Source: a virus
Lineage: Duplodnaviria > Caudoviricetes
Length of the DNA: 64,000 nucleotides
IMG/VR virus record: IMGVR_UViG_2639763081_000004
Coordinates: 3,368 to 67,367 of that record
Reading direction: 5' to 3' (one strand)
Part shown: one piece after another, positions 9,545-18,636 of the stretch
Layout: each line of letters begins with the position of its first letter
Position numbering within the stretch: position 1 is the first letter of the stretch
Notes under the pieces: model-generated
Databases searched by the model: none
Told to the model about the DNA's origin: nothing
Seen by the model: the letters and a program-made list of their open reading frames with translations, nothing else
Made by a program: the position numbers and the translations under genes

Positions 9545-9729
9545 TTGGGCTCTCCAGAAACAACAAATCCGCCAGGAGGCGGATTCGTGGGGTTGGTGGC
9601 TTGCTGCTGTCGGCGCTGGGCTGCAGCCTCTGCCAACAGGCGCTCTTCTTCTTTCCATTCGGCAAGAGAGCGCGGCTCATAGGCCGCTTGGCCGCGATCG
9701 CCGCGCAGCCGGGTGAATCTGGTTCTCAT
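9532..9729 (-). CDS. Small hypothetical protein
   Basis: MRTRFTRLRG start; overlaps next gene. Confidence 0.45.
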   Translation of the reverse strand: MRTRFTRLRGDRGQAAYEPRSLAEWKEEERLLAEAAAQRRQQQATNPTNPPPGGFVVSGEPKCNE

Positions 9730-9812
9730 GGTGGATTCCAAAAAAGCGCCCGCCCCACATTGCTGCAGGACGGGCCAAATGCCGCACGAAGCGGCCCCCA
9801 CGAAACAGTGGC

Positions 9813-10499
9813 TCAGTCGTATTGCTCGCTGGCTGCGGACTTAACGTCGTGCTCATGCATATCGATTTCCAGGCTTGTGCGGCCGACATAAAGAGCAAGA
9901 AGCGTGGCCTCAAATTCACCGACTGCGTTTGGCAGGCTCATCGGGGTGACCACCTTGTCGTTCAGCGTGAGCGAATAGACTTGACCTTCCCTGGTGAAGG
10001 CGAGTCGCATGGAGGCAGAGTGCTTTCCGCGTGTGGATTCTTCGCCGTCCAAATAAAGCCATCCGCCACCGCCGCTGTACTCGCTCATTTCGAGTTCGGC
10101 ATAGAAGGCCTCGTGGGATTCCTTGAGGAATCCGCTGCGCGCCTGCTGCAGCAAAACCGAGAGCTTGATGCGTTCGGGAAGATCTGGCATGAAGCTGCCC
10201 ACTGCAGACGTGATGGCCGTCTGCACAGATTTCGCGTTCTCACCTTGGACAGCGCTGGAAACTGCTGCATTGAGCACATGCTGGAACTTGGCAACGTCAT
10301 CAATTCGCAGGCCGTGCGGCATGGCTTCGCTGAGCTGCTCTTTCATGGCATCGCGGAACTTGCTGCGATAGCCGGTGGCATCGTTGATTGCATCCTTGAC
10401 CGCTTCTGCGATGGCCTTGTCTACGATGGGTTGGATGCGCTCAGCGCTGACGGCCTGGGCGACGATTGCGGGCAGGTCCAATTCGATCTTGATTTCCAT
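9813..10499 (-). CDS. Hypothetical phage protein
   Basis: MEIKIELDL with AGGAG SD; 228 aa. Confidence 0.8.
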   Translation of the reverse strand: MEIKIELDLPAIVAQAVSAERIQPIVDKAIAEAVKDAINDATGYRSKFRDAMKEQLSEAMPHGLRIDDVAKFQHVLNAAVSSAVQGENAKSVQTAITSAVGSFMPDLPERIKLSVLLQQARSGFLKESHEAFYAELEMSEYSGGGGWLYLDGEESTRGKHSASMRLAFTREGQVYSLTLNDKVVTPMSLPNAVGEFEATLLALYVGRTSLEIDMHEHDVKSAASEQYD

Positions 10500-10528
10500 G
10501 GGGGCTCCTGATTGCGGCCGCGCGGGCC

Positions 10529-10570
10529 AAAAAACAAAAGGCCCTGCAACTGGTGAAGCTGCAGGGCCTT
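10529..10570 (-). terminator. Rho-independent terminator
   Basis: GGCCCTGCA...TGCAGGGCC stem then TTTTGTTTTTT on minus strand. Confidence 0.75.
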
Positions 10571-10860
10571 GATGGAAAGTGCCGATGCCTTGAAAGGCGC
10601 GCCTGGGAAGTAGAGAGGGAGGGAGGAGGAACCCAGGCTCGGCGTGGAAACTGATTGCGTCCACGATACTCTGCCCACGGCCAGGCAAATGTGAACGGGA
10701 AGTAAAAGGTGCAGGGCTCCCACCTGCTGCGGCCTGCTAAGCCTCTGCGACCCCGTGGCCAGGGTATGGATGATGGCATGCCGTGTAAGCCCCGGCTTCC
10801 CTCTATCGACGGTGGCTAGACTTTCACTGCTTGCAGGCGGGCAAATGCCTGTCACGATTT

Positions 10861-10962
10861 GCCATCAAGGGTGCTGGCTGGCCCCAGCAGATACCACCTG
10901 CAGCGCACTTTCGGGGCGGGCCACTCCAAGGCGCGCGCCCACCAGTCAGCACTCTTGATGGC
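10861..10962. repeat. 21-bp imperfect inverted repeat in non-coding region
   Basis: GCCATCAAGGGTGCTGGCTGG (10861-10881) pairs with CCAGTCAGCACTCTTGATGGC (10942-10962), 19/21 Watson-Crick. Confidence 0.85.
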
Positions 10963-11033
10963 CCCGGCGCTTGGCCGGGGCGTGTTTCTATCCCGCTGTC
11001 AATCCGCTCACTCGGGATTGGCAGCGCGTGCCT

Positions 11034-11369
11034 TCACAGCGCCAGGCGCCGCTCCAGGTCCTGCAGGGCGGCGCAGTCCTGGCGCAGCTGGTTGGCCAGC
11101 TCGTTCAGGCGGCGCACCAGCGGCGTCGAGGATGCAGGTTCGGCTTCGTGTGCACTGCCCTCGGCTGAGATGCCTGCGGCCGACATTACGGGTTCCAGCC
11201 GGCCCGAGATGCGCCTGATGGTGTTCTTCAAGTCATCCATGCCTGCATCGACGTTGCTGAGCGCGGCTTCGACCTGGCTGACGGGTTGGGCCTGGGCAGC
11301 GGCGTGCAGGGCGCTGACTCCGCGGGCAGGGGCGGCGCCGAGATGGGCGAGGGAGTTGGTCTGGTTCAC
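11034..11369 (-). CDS. Coiled-coil hypothetical protein, first clear gene of pL operon
   Basis: GTG start with AGGAG SD. Confidence 0.7.
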   Translation of the reverse strand: MNQTNSLAHLGAAPARGVSALHAAAQAQPVSQVEAALSNVDAGMDDLKNTIRRISGRLEPVMSAAGISAEGSAHEAEPASSTPLVRRLNELANQLRQDCAALQDLERRLAL

Positions 11370-11398
11370 GGTGGTCTCTCCTGTGGTGGGTGGTGGTG

Positions 11399-11441
11399 GA
11401 AACAAAAGAGGCCTCCCGAATCGAGAAGCCTCTTTTGTTTC
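11399..11441. terminator. Long hairpin, possible bidirectional terminator in pL leader
   Basis: GAAACAAAAGAGGC / GCCTCTTTTGTTTC perfect 14-bp inverted repeat. Confidence 0.7.
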
Positions 11442-11804
11442 GCCCCGATGCGCTCGGGGAGGGCGTTGATCTGGGCTTTTCTTTTCTTGGCATCCCAGTA
11501 CATGCCTCACTCCCGTTTTCTTGACCCAGGAGGCGGTTCGCAGTGCAGCGGTAGCTCGCCTGCTGCCGGCTCAAGTCCGGCATACATGCGGCGCCATATC
11601 TCGTTCGCGATGCCTGATCCCATCCAGGGGCAGAGCGCTACTAGCCTTCGCACCGGCAGGTTCAACATTCCAACCGCGCCATGCCCGCGGCGCCCTGTCT
11701 TTACCCAGCCGTGCTTGCTGCAAGAGCCAGAGCGAGCCGGTCGATGCCGTGGTGCCCAACTTCGCAGTCGGTCCGCATGTGCGGTGGCAGGGAGGTTGAG
11801 TGTG

Positions 11805-11846
11805 ATGATAAGGCGATGCCTAATTTTCTGCAATAGGCGTTGCCTT
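11805..11846 (-). promoter_or_regulatory. pL promoter with two repressor operators
   Basis: Minus strand TTGCAG-17bp-TATCAT; operators AAGGCGATGCCTA (11810-11822) and TAGGCGTTGCCTT (11834-11846). Confidence 0.85.
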
Positions 11847-11872
11847 ATTATTTCGGTGCATATTGGATGCAC

Positions 11873-12178
11873 TCAGTGCAGACGCACTTCGAAGTAGGCT
11901 TCCTCCACTGCAATCCCCTGGAGTCCGGCTTGCTGGGCCGCCTCATAGGCCTTCTGCCAGGCGAGCGCCACTGGCTCGTTGGCCTTCCCGATTACGCCGC
12001 CCTCGGCCGCATCGTTGAAGAGCTTGTAGGCCCGGGTCATGGCCTCTTGGTTTGGGAAGCTTCGTTCAATCACCTTGGCAAATCGGGCTTCAGCCTTGGC
12101 TTTGATGTCGTGCTCGATGCCGATGCAGTCTTGAAGGGTGACTCGGAGTGAGGTGAGGGCGGAAGTGGTCATGTGCAT
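11873..12178 (-). CDS. Putatively LexA-regulated hypothetical protein
   Basis: About 100 aa; AAGGA upstream; two SOS boxes directly upstream. Confidence 0.75.
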   Translation of the reverse strand: MHMTTSALTSLRVTLQDCIGIEHDIKAKAEARFAKVIERSFPNQEAMTRAYKLFNDAAEGGVIGKANEPVALAWQKAYEAAQQAGLQGIAVEEAYFEVRLH

Positions 12179-12186
12179 CCTTGGTG

Positions 12187-12236
12187 CTGGTTAAAAACAC
12201 AGTTCTAGTATGCATGACAACTGTATGTGTGTACAG
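12187..12236. promoter_or_regulatory. Two LexA (SOS) boxes
   Basis: CTGGTTAAAAACACAG (12187-12202) and CTGTATGTGTGTACAG (12221-12236), CTG-N10-CAG. Confidence 0.85.
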
Positions 12237-12327
12237 TAATTTGTTACATGGCGTGTACCTCGCCAGCCAGCGTCCATGAAAAAGCCCGCTCGAGGCGGGC
12301 ATGCTTTTCTTGGGCAGGGTAGTGCGC

Positions 12328-12816
12328 TTATGGCTTCGGTGTCGCGCCCGGAGATGGCACATTGATGATGATGGGTTGTTGGGGCGAAGATGGTACGGAC
12401 TGGGGTGGCGGCTTCCCAGCCGTCCAGATTGTCGAGATGACGCCGATGATGCCAGCGACTGCAATCGTCCCAATGCCAATAAGTGCCCCGTGGGTCCAAC
12501 GGTGGTTGTCCGCGATTGCCTTATGCATGTCGGCTTGGCTCTTCGCTATGTCTGCGCGTAACGCGGCGAACTCTGCCTTAGATGCGTTGGTGAACTCCGA
12601 CCACTCCGCCTTCGTTTCACGACGCAGCGTATCCAAATCTGCCTTGGTGGGCAGATTTTTGACGGCCTCTTCTAGGGCGGCGACGCGTGCTTCCATGTCT
12701 CCATTATCCGTTGGTGGACCGCCGCCTTTCAACCTCTGCCCGGAGTGCGCTTTCAGCTCCAGCCCTCGCATTATCTGATCTCTCTTGCGAGAGACCTCGT
12801 CTATGTGCTCAACCAT
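12328..12816 (-). CDS. Coiled-coil plus C-terminal TM protein downstream of cI
   Basis: MEARVAALEE...LPTKADL; TM ALIGIGTIAVAGIIGVISTIW. Confidence 0.75.
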   Translation of the reverse strand: MVEHIDEVSRKRDQIMRGLELKAHSGQRLKGGGPPTDNGDMEARVAALEEAVKNLPTKADLDTLRRETKAEWSEFTNASKAEFAALRADIAKSQADMHKAIADNHRWTHGALIGIGTIAVAGIIGVISTIWTAGKPPPQSVPSSPQQPIIINVPSPGATPKP

Positions 12817-13096
12817 TTACGAGTTTCTCCAACGCGGCAATAAGTTCGTCGGTTCGCTCTTCTGCTTCTGCAATTTGATCTGAGGTCTTTTGGCGTACCA
12901 CCTCTAGCCTTCCAATAGCCTGCTGCGAAACGCTTGGCATCTCTTGGAGTAGATCAATAAGTTCTTCCACGGCACTTTGCAGGGCTCTTGCGTTCACTTG
13001 TTGGGAAAGATGAAGCCGCACACTTGCGAGTGCAAAATCTTGAATTGTTCCGTCTATAGCCATGAGCAACTCGTTTTTCAATGCTTCATAGTCCAC
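12809..13096 (-). CDS. Hypothetical protein overlapping cI end
   Basis: Helical ORF overlapping both neighbours; start uncertain. Confidence 0.55.
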   Translation of the reverse strand: MDYEALKNELLMAIDGTIQDFALASVRLHLSQQVNARALQSAVEELIDLLQEMPSVSQQAIGRLEVVRQKTSDQIAEAEERTDELIAALEKLVNG

Positions 13097-13800
13097 CACG
13101 CCAACACCTTGCCGGCAATGTTGATGCACTCAGATGCCTTGCGAAGATCAATTCGCTCTTCGTCGGGATAGTCCACGATGTTGTCGCTGCGAAGGACCAG
13201 TGTGCCGTCAGAGAGTATTAGTGCTTTCTTTAACAAGAGGCGGTTGTAAACATCAATGACGTAAATCCCCTGGGCGTCAATGGTCCGCTGCCCCATATCC
13301 ACAAACACTAGGTCTTCATCTTGAATCGTCGGTTTCATGCTGTGGCCGTTGCCCGTCATGATCTTGATGCGCTCGGGATTGACTGTCCCGATCTTCTTGC
13401 GAACCCAGCTTTCCAAGACATCGAGATGCCGGACGATCTGCACGGCCTCGTCCATGTGCGAGCCAGGACCCATTGACGGCCGGACCGAGAGATGCTGCAG
13501 GCGTACGTAGCCGGGCGGTGGGGTGTCATCGATGACCTGGATCACGTTTTCCCCTTGTTTGGACGTCTCGGCGGTAGTCCCTGGCGGGTAATCGGGCAGC
13601 CCCCAGTGCGCAGGCTGGACCACGTCTGCGAAGTAGCTCCAGAGCTTTGGGAGTTTGTCCTTGCTGATGGTCCCGCGATTCACCCAGTCTTGGATGGATG
13701 GAGGCCTCACCTCAAAGTGCTCGGCTACCTCCTTCTTGGAGACGCCCTTCAGTTCGATGGCTTCAGCGATGGCTTGGCCTAATTTTTCACCAGTAAGCAT
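13078..13800 (-). CDS. cI: CI-like repressor (HTH + S24 autopeptidase)
   Basis: N-terminal HTH (KKEVAEHFEVRPPSIQDW); S24 Ser GHSMKPTI and Lys LLKK; divergent from cro. Confidence 0.93.
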   Translation of the reverse strand: MLTGEKLGQAIAEAIELKGVSKKEVAEHFEVRPPSIQDWVNRGTISKDKLPKLWSYFADVVQPAHWGLPDYPPGTTAETSKQGENVIQVIDDTPPPGYVRLQHLSVRPSMGPGSHMDEAVQIVRHLDVLESWVRKKIGTVNPERIKIMTGNGHSMKPTIQDEDLVFVDMGQRTIDAQGIYVIDVYNRLLLKKALILSDGTLVLRSDNIVDYPDEERIDLRKASECINIAGKVLAWWTMKH

Positions 13801-13870
13801 TGCCTAATGTTCCATGTGTGAGTGTGCGTAGGCAATGCCTATTGATAAAAATTAGGCAGAGCCTTATCAT
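13794..13870 (+). promoter_or_regulatory. OR region: three operators and pR
   Basis: TAAGCATTGCCTA (13794-13806), TAGGCAATGCCTA (13829-13841), TAGGCAGAGCCTT (13853-13865); TTGATA-17bp-TATCAT, cro ATG 5 nt after -10. Confidence 0.88.
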
Positions 13871-13875
13871 GGGGT

Positions 13876-14142
13876 ATGACGTACTCACACCCCGGACTTG
13901 CGGTTCAGGCAGTTGTCGATCTTGTTGGCAGCCAAGCTGCCCTGGCTCGCGCGCTCCAGGTTTCCGCGCCCACTGTGAATCAGTGGATCAAGAGGCGCCG
14001 CCCGGTCCCAAAGGCGCTCAGCCCAAGGATTGAAGCGCTGTCCTGCGGCGTGGTCTCCCGACGAGACCTGCGCCCCAACGACTGGCAGGACATCTGGCCT
14101 GAGCTTGCGCAGCCCACCCCCCAGGAGCAGGGCCATGCATAA
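13876..14142 (+). CDS. cro: Cro/YdaS-like HTH regulator
   Basis: GSQAALARALQVSAPTVNQW, LRPNDWQDIWPEL. Confidence 0.9.
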   Translation: MTYSHPGLAVQAVVDLVGSQAALARALQVSAPTVNQWIKRRRPVPKALSPRIEALSCGVVSRRDLRPNDWQDIWPELAQPTPQEQGHA

Positions 14143-14464
14143 GCCGTACCGCTGGGGAGACAAGGCCCCGCCCACTGTGCAGCGCCTGCGGGAACTGCGC
14201 AGGAAACGCGAGGCGACCGTGCAGGCCAAGCGCGATCACCAACGGTTCGTGATCAGGCATCGCCTCATGCACGGTAGCGAGGAAGAGCGCAACGCGATTC
14301 TTCGCGCCATTCATGGGGATGCCTTCGGCGACTTCGACAGCTCCAACGGTACGGCCAATGCACCCGCGTCGCGTCCGCCTGTCCTGAGCTGGCTGCTGGG
14401 TTGGTCGCGCCTCAATCGCTGGCATCCCGACGCCCCTCCACCTGTCACCACATCCAAGGAGTAG
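14135..14464 (+). CDS. Hypothetical phage protein
   Basis: AGGAG SD; overlaps cro end. Confidence 0.55.
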   Translation: MHKPYRWGDKAPPTVQRLRELRRKREATVQAKRDHQRFVIRHRLMHGSEEERNAILRAIHGDAFGDFDSSNGTANAPASRPPVLSWLLGWSRLNRWHPDAPPPVTTSKE

Positions 14465-14470
14465 TCCCGC

Positions 14471-14896
14471 ATGCGTGACACCCACGAAAAGCTGAGCCGG
14501 GCTGAAGCGGCCGCCTTCCGGGCGATCCAGGCAGCTCTTGCCGACCTCGACGCTGAGCAGGCCGAGCGCGTGCTGGCTCGTGTCCAGGACCAACTGGACG
14601 AAGAAGCTGGCGGGCCCATGTTCGCGCGCGGCATTGCCGGCCCGCTGGGCAAGCTGGACATCCCGCTGCGCACCAAGGTGGACGAGGCCACGGCCGACCT
14701 GTTCCTGCGCCACTGCGGCCAGCAGGCCACGGACACATCCATGGTGCTGCGCGACTGCGTGTACGCCCTGGTCTACGGCAAGACCTATCGGCAGATGGTG
14801 GTGGAGAAAGTGAACCATGACGCGCAGCGTACCGAGGCGCTGGCCAAGCTCATAGGGCCTTTTGGTAGCCCCGAATTCGGAGGGCCTGCCCGATGA
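14471..14896 (+). CDS. Hypothetical regulator at CII-like position
   Basis: AAGGAG SD; position only. Confidence 0.65.
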   Translation: MRDTHEKLSRAEAAAFRAIQAALADLDAEQAERVLARVQDQLDEEAGGPMFARGIAGPLGKLDIPLRTKVDEATADLFLRHCGQQATDTSMVLRDCVYALVYGKTYRQMVVEKVNHDAQRTEALAKLIGPFGSPEFGGPAR

Positions 14897-15594
14897 ATGC
14901 GATCACTGCAATTTCCGCCGCTGTGCTGACCATGAGCAGCGAAGAAATCGCCGCCCTGGTGGAGTCCCGCCACGACAACGTGAAGACCTCCATCGAGCGC
15001 CTTGGCGCGCGCGGCGTGATCCAACTCCCTGCGTTGCAGGAAGTTCGGAACCATCTCGGCCAGACCGTGAGCGTCTACCAACTGTGCAAACGCGACAGCT
15101 ATGTCGTGGTGGCGCAGCTGTCTCCTGAGTTCACCGCGCGGCTGGTGGATCGCTGGCAGGAGCTGGAGGCCCAGGCCGCCCCGGCGGTGCCGCGCACGAT
15201 GTCTCAGGCGCTCCGTCTGGCCGCCGAACAAGCCGAGCAGATCGAGCAGCAGCAGGCCGCCCTGGCACTGGCCGCGCCCAAGGCTGAATACGTGGATCGC
15301 TACGTGGCCGCCAATGGCGCAAAGGGCTTCCGTCAGGTGGCCAAGCTGCTGGGCGCGAACGAGCACGAGTTCCGCGCGTGGCTGCAGGACGAAAAGATCA
15401 TGTACCGCCTGGGCGGCGAATGGACTGCGCACCAGTGCCACATCGATGCTGGCCGCTTTGTCGTGAAGACGGGCGTGGCCCATGTCAACGATCACGCCTT
15501 CAACGCCACGAAGTTCACACCCAAGGGCGTGAATTGGATCGCCGGCCTGTGGGGCCAGCACCAGGCCCGCCTGGCGGAAGGGGAGCGCGCATGA
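14893..15594 (+). CDS. Rha-family protein with C-terminal antirepressor (KilAC/ANT) domain
   Basis: MSSEEIAALVESRHDNV; LVDRWQELE; PKAEYVDRYV...FTPKGVNWI. Confidence 0.88.
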   Translation: MNAITAISAAVLTMSSEEIAALVESRHDNVKTSIERLGARGVIQLPALQEVRNHLGQTVSVYQLCKRDSYVVVAQLSPEFTARLVDRWQELEAQAAPAVPRTMSQALRLAAEQAEQIEQQQAALALAAPKAEYVDRYVAANGAKGFRQVAKLLGANEHEFRAWLQDEKIMYRLGGEWTAHQCHIDAGRFVVKTGVAHVNDHAFNATKFTPKGVNWIAGLWGQHQARLAEGERA

Positions 15595-16577
15595 ATCTCG
15601 CTTCCATGCTGGACCGGCCCATCGCCTTCCAGCGTTCCTTTGTGCACCTTGGCGCCGGCATCACAGGCGCGCTGATGCTCTCCCAGGCCGTGTATTGGGC
15701 CAACCGTGGTTCTGACGACGACGGCTGGTTCTTCAAGACACAGGTGGAATGGGAGGATGAAACAGGCCTCAGCCGCACTGAGCAGGAGACCGCCCGTAAG
15801 AAGCTGCTGTCGCTCGGCCTCATGGAGGAGGCCCGCCGCGGCATCCCCGCCAAGCTGTATTTCCGGGTCAGCATCGATGCGCTGGTGAGCCAGTTGGAGG
15901 GCCTGGAGACCCCCTGCAAACAAGATTGCAGGAATCCTGCAATCAAGGATGCGGGAACCCCGCAAGCAGGTTCGCAGAAATCCCGCAAACAGGTTCGCGG
16001 GAAAGCTGCAAACAGGTCTGCAGGAAACCCGCAATCTAAACTAAGTAAGACTACAACAGAGACTACTTCAGAGACTACAGCAGAGAGTATTGCGACGGGG
16101 GCTGAAGCCCCCCACGCTGCTGCTGAGCCGATGCGTGTGACGGCACCCAACGGGACCATCCACGAGATCCCTGCTGAGCTGCGCTACCCCGGCCCCGACA
16201 CCAAGTCCCACAAGACCTGGATCGCCTACGCCATTGCCTACGAGGGCCGGTACCACAGCTGGCCCGTCTGGAACCAGACGGTGGGCGGCCAGATCTGCAA
16301 CTTCATCGACCGTGTTGGCGCCGAGGTCGCCCCCCGCATCGCCGTGCACTACGTGCGCCGTGTGCAGGAGGACTTCATCGTCCGGGAGATGCACCCCGTT
16401 CGCCTGCTGCAGCAGAACGCGGAGAAGTGGGCAACGCAGTGCCAGACCGGCCACACCATGACGAGCACCCGTGCCCGGCAGGCTGACCAGCTGGACGCCA
16501 ATGCTTCGGTGGCCGATGACGCCATGGGCATCCTGCTCGCGGCACGCGCAGCAGCAGGGGAGGGCGGCGCATGCTGA
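15591..16577 (+). CDS. Phage replication initiator (O-like)
   Basis: DRPIAF, ALMLSQAVYW, WFFKTQVEWEDETGLSR wHTH; TTTETTSETT linker. Confidence 0.8.
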   Translation: MNLASMLDRPIAFQRSFVHLGAGITGALMLSQAVYWANRGSDDDGWFFKTQVEWEDETGLSRTEQETARKKLLSLGLMEEARRGIPAKLYFRVSIDALVSQLEGLETPCKQDCRNPAIKDAGTPQAGSQKSRKQVRGKAANRSAGNPQSKLSKTTTETTSETTAESIATGAEAPHAAAEPMRVTAPNGTIHEIPAELRYPGPDTKSHKTWIAYAIAYEGRYHSWPVWNQTVGGQICNFIDRVGAEVAPRIAVHYVRRVQEDFIVREMHPVRLLQQNAEKWATQCQTGHTMTSTRARQADQLDANASVADDAMGILLAARAAAGEGGAC

Positions 16578-17461
16578 ACCACGAGCAACTGCGGTGGTTG
16601 CTGCAGCAACTGGCTCAGACTGCCGAACTGCTGGGCCATGCCATCACCCCCACGGCGGCCGCCGTCATGGCCGATGACCTGGCCGGCTTTCCGCAGGAAG
16701 TCCTGAAGCTGGCCCTGGCCCGCGTGCGCGCCGAGCACACAGGCCGGCTCACGCCCAAGGTGATCATCGAGCGCCTGGAGGCGCTGGCCGGCCGCCTGAC
16801 CCCCAATGAGGCGTGGGCCACCGTCCTGCAGGCTCAGGATGAGCGCGCCACCGTGGTCTGGAACAGCGAGATGCAGGAGGCCTGGGCCATCGCCGCGACG
16901 GTGGCCGCCGGCGGCGACAAGATCGGCGCCCGCATGTCGTTCCTGTCGGCCTACGAGCGCATCACCAGCCTGGCCCGCGCCACGAAGCGGCTGCCTGCGC
17001 CTCTGGTGTCCTTCGGTACCGACCGCGAGCTGCGCGCCCTGGCGCTGCGCAATGCGTGGGAGCGCGGCCAGCTGCCGGCGCCCACCGCCGTGGTGCTGGC
17101 CCTGGAAAACGGAGTGACGTTGCCCGAGGCCATCTTCAACGGCGAGACGCTGGCACAGGCCGTGCAGCAGGGCCTGCTTTCCGCCGAAGCGGCACGCGAC
17201 CACGTCCAGCATGGCCGCCTGGCTCTGGCCGCGCCCGCGATCAATCCGGTGGCACTGCTGGCCGGCAAGGTGCTCCCGACCAAGGACGCAACGCCGGAGG
17301 TGCGCCGCCGCCTGGCCGAGCTGCGCGACGAGGCCGCGCGCCGCACGAACCGCTTCACCCGTGCCCAGGTCCAGGCCCGCGCCGCCCGCATGCGCCTGGG
17401 TCAAGCCAAGCGCCGCACTGCCGCCGCCGTGGCGCAGCACCAGCAGGGGAGCCAGCCATGA
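16571..17461 (+). CDS. Putative replication accessory protein
   Basis: Follows initiator; NEAWA, ARMSFLSAYER. Confidence 0.6.
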   Translation: MLNHEQLRWLLQQLAQTAELLGHAITPTAAAVMADDLAGFPQEVLKLALARVRAEHTGRLTPKVIIERLEALAGRLTPNEAWATVLQAQDERATVVWNSEMQEAWAIAATVAAGGDKIGARMSFLSAYERITSLARATKRLPAPLVSFGTDRELRALALRNAWERGQLPAPTAVVLALENGVTLPEAIFNGETLAQAVQQGLLSAEAARDHVQHGRLALAAPAINPVALLAGKVLPTKDATPEVRRRLAELRDEAARRTNRFTRAQVQARAARMRLGQAKRRTAAAVAQHQQGSQP

Positions 17462-17964
17462 CCGCCATTCATCCCGCCGCTACCCGCGCCTACCTGGCGC
17501 TGCCCTATGCGTACTCGCTGGCACAGGAGCTGTCGGCCAGTGAGCGGCAGCCGCTCCACCAGCGCAAGCGCGAGCCTCTGGCCGCTGCAGTCCTGGCTGC
17601 CGTGCATGCCGTGGGCTACGCCGTTCCGACGGTGCAGCACTGGCGCGACCTGGCTGACGCCGCGAACCTGTCCGAAACGCTGCTGGGCATGGGCGTCTTC
17701 ACAGAGCCCGAGGCGCAGAGCCTGTTTGCCGATGCTGTGGCGGCCGTCGTGGACCTGGGCCGCAAGCACGGGCACGGCCAGGAGATGCGACTGAACGCCG
17801 TGCAGCTGGGCCACCTGGTCGAGTTCGGCGAGGCCTACGGCCAGGTGCTGGAGGTGATCCCGGCCCGCACCTTCATCCGCGCGCACCGCGCGACCGAACG
17901 CCGTCTGCGCGAGCTGCTGGTCAACAGCCACGGCGGCGACTCCCATGAATTCATCGTCGTCTGA
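17458..17964 (+). CDS. Hypothetical phage protein
   Basis: ATGA overlap; GGAG SD. Confidence 0.7.
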   Translation: MTAIHPAATRAYLALPYAYSLAQELSASERQPLHQRKREPLAAAVLAAVHAVGYAVPTVQHWRDLADAANLSETLLGMGVFTEPEAQSLFADAVAAVVDLGRKHGHGQEMRLNAVQLGHLVEFGEAYGQVLEVIPARTFIRAHRATERRLRELLVNSHGGDSHEFIVV

Positions 17965-18172
17965 ACACCAATGGCAGCAACACCAAATCAATCTCAGCGG
18001 GGCAGCCGTGGCGCACCTCGTCAAGCTGGCCCAGCAGCCCGGGTGGTGGGAGTGCGTCAAGGCCAGGGCCCGGGAGCTGGACAGGGACGAGTCCCGGCTG
18101 TTCGTGGACATCGAGCAGCAGGTGGTGCAGCAGCTGCAGGCGCTCGCGTGGCGCCCGCCGCGCCGCGCGTGA
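17945..18172 (+). CDS. Hypothetical phage protein
   Basis: Fits operon packing. Confidence 0.55.
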   Translation: MNSSSSEHQWQQHQINLSGAAVAHLVKLAQQPGWWECVKARARELDRDESRLFVDIEQQVVQQLQALAWRPPRRA

Positions 18173-18636
18173 CGGTGCCGGCTGGCCACCAGGGCCCGAT
18201 CACGGTGCTGGGCATGGACCCGGGCAAGCACACGGGCCTGGCCTGGATCGTGGACGGCCATCTGCAGGCGCTGGAGGAGATTGCGCCAGCGCAGATCCTG
18301 CAGACGCTGCAGGGCAGGGCGCCCACGCTGGTGATCTTCGAGGACAGCCGCAAGGCACGGAAGACCTGGACCGGCCAGGGCAGCGCTGCAGCGCGGGCCA
18401 AGATGGCGCGCAATGTGGGCGAGATCGATGCCTGGTGCGTGCTGATCGAGACCCTGTGCGCCAGCCTTGGCATTGCCTGCTTCGGCATGGCGCCGAGCGC
18501 GAAGGCTGGCAGCGCCCACGGCGCCAAGATCGACGCCGCAACCTTCAGCCGCCTGACCGGCTGGGCCGGCCGCAGCAATCAGCACCAGCGTGACGCCGCA
18601 ATGATCGCGTGGTCCTTCCGGAGGGCCCGGCCATGA
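18169..18636 (+). CDS. RuvC-like nuclease / Holliday junction resolvase
   Basis: VLGMDPGKHTGLA, VIFED, HQRDAA acidic motifs; GTGA overlap. Confidence 0.7.
   Translation: MTVPAGHQGPITVLGMDPGKHTGLAWIVDGHLQALEEIAPAQILQTLQGRAPTLVIFEDSRKARKTWTGQGSAAARAKMARNVGEIDAWCVLIETLCASLGIACFGMAPSAKAGSAHGAKIDAATFSRLTGWAGRSNQHQRDAAMIAWSFRRARP

Noticed and set aside
11540-11596. tRNA-like fragment on + (GCAGCGGTAGCTCG, GCCGG-CTCAAGT-CCGGC stem-loop, ending CCA)
   Set aside because: No anticodon arm and no convincing acceptor stem; at most a relic or chance match. tRNAscan-SE/ARAGORN would settle it.
13769-13781. Fourth OR operator inside cI (ATGGCTTGGCCTA)
   Set aside because: Only one half-site matches well; not supportable without footprinting.
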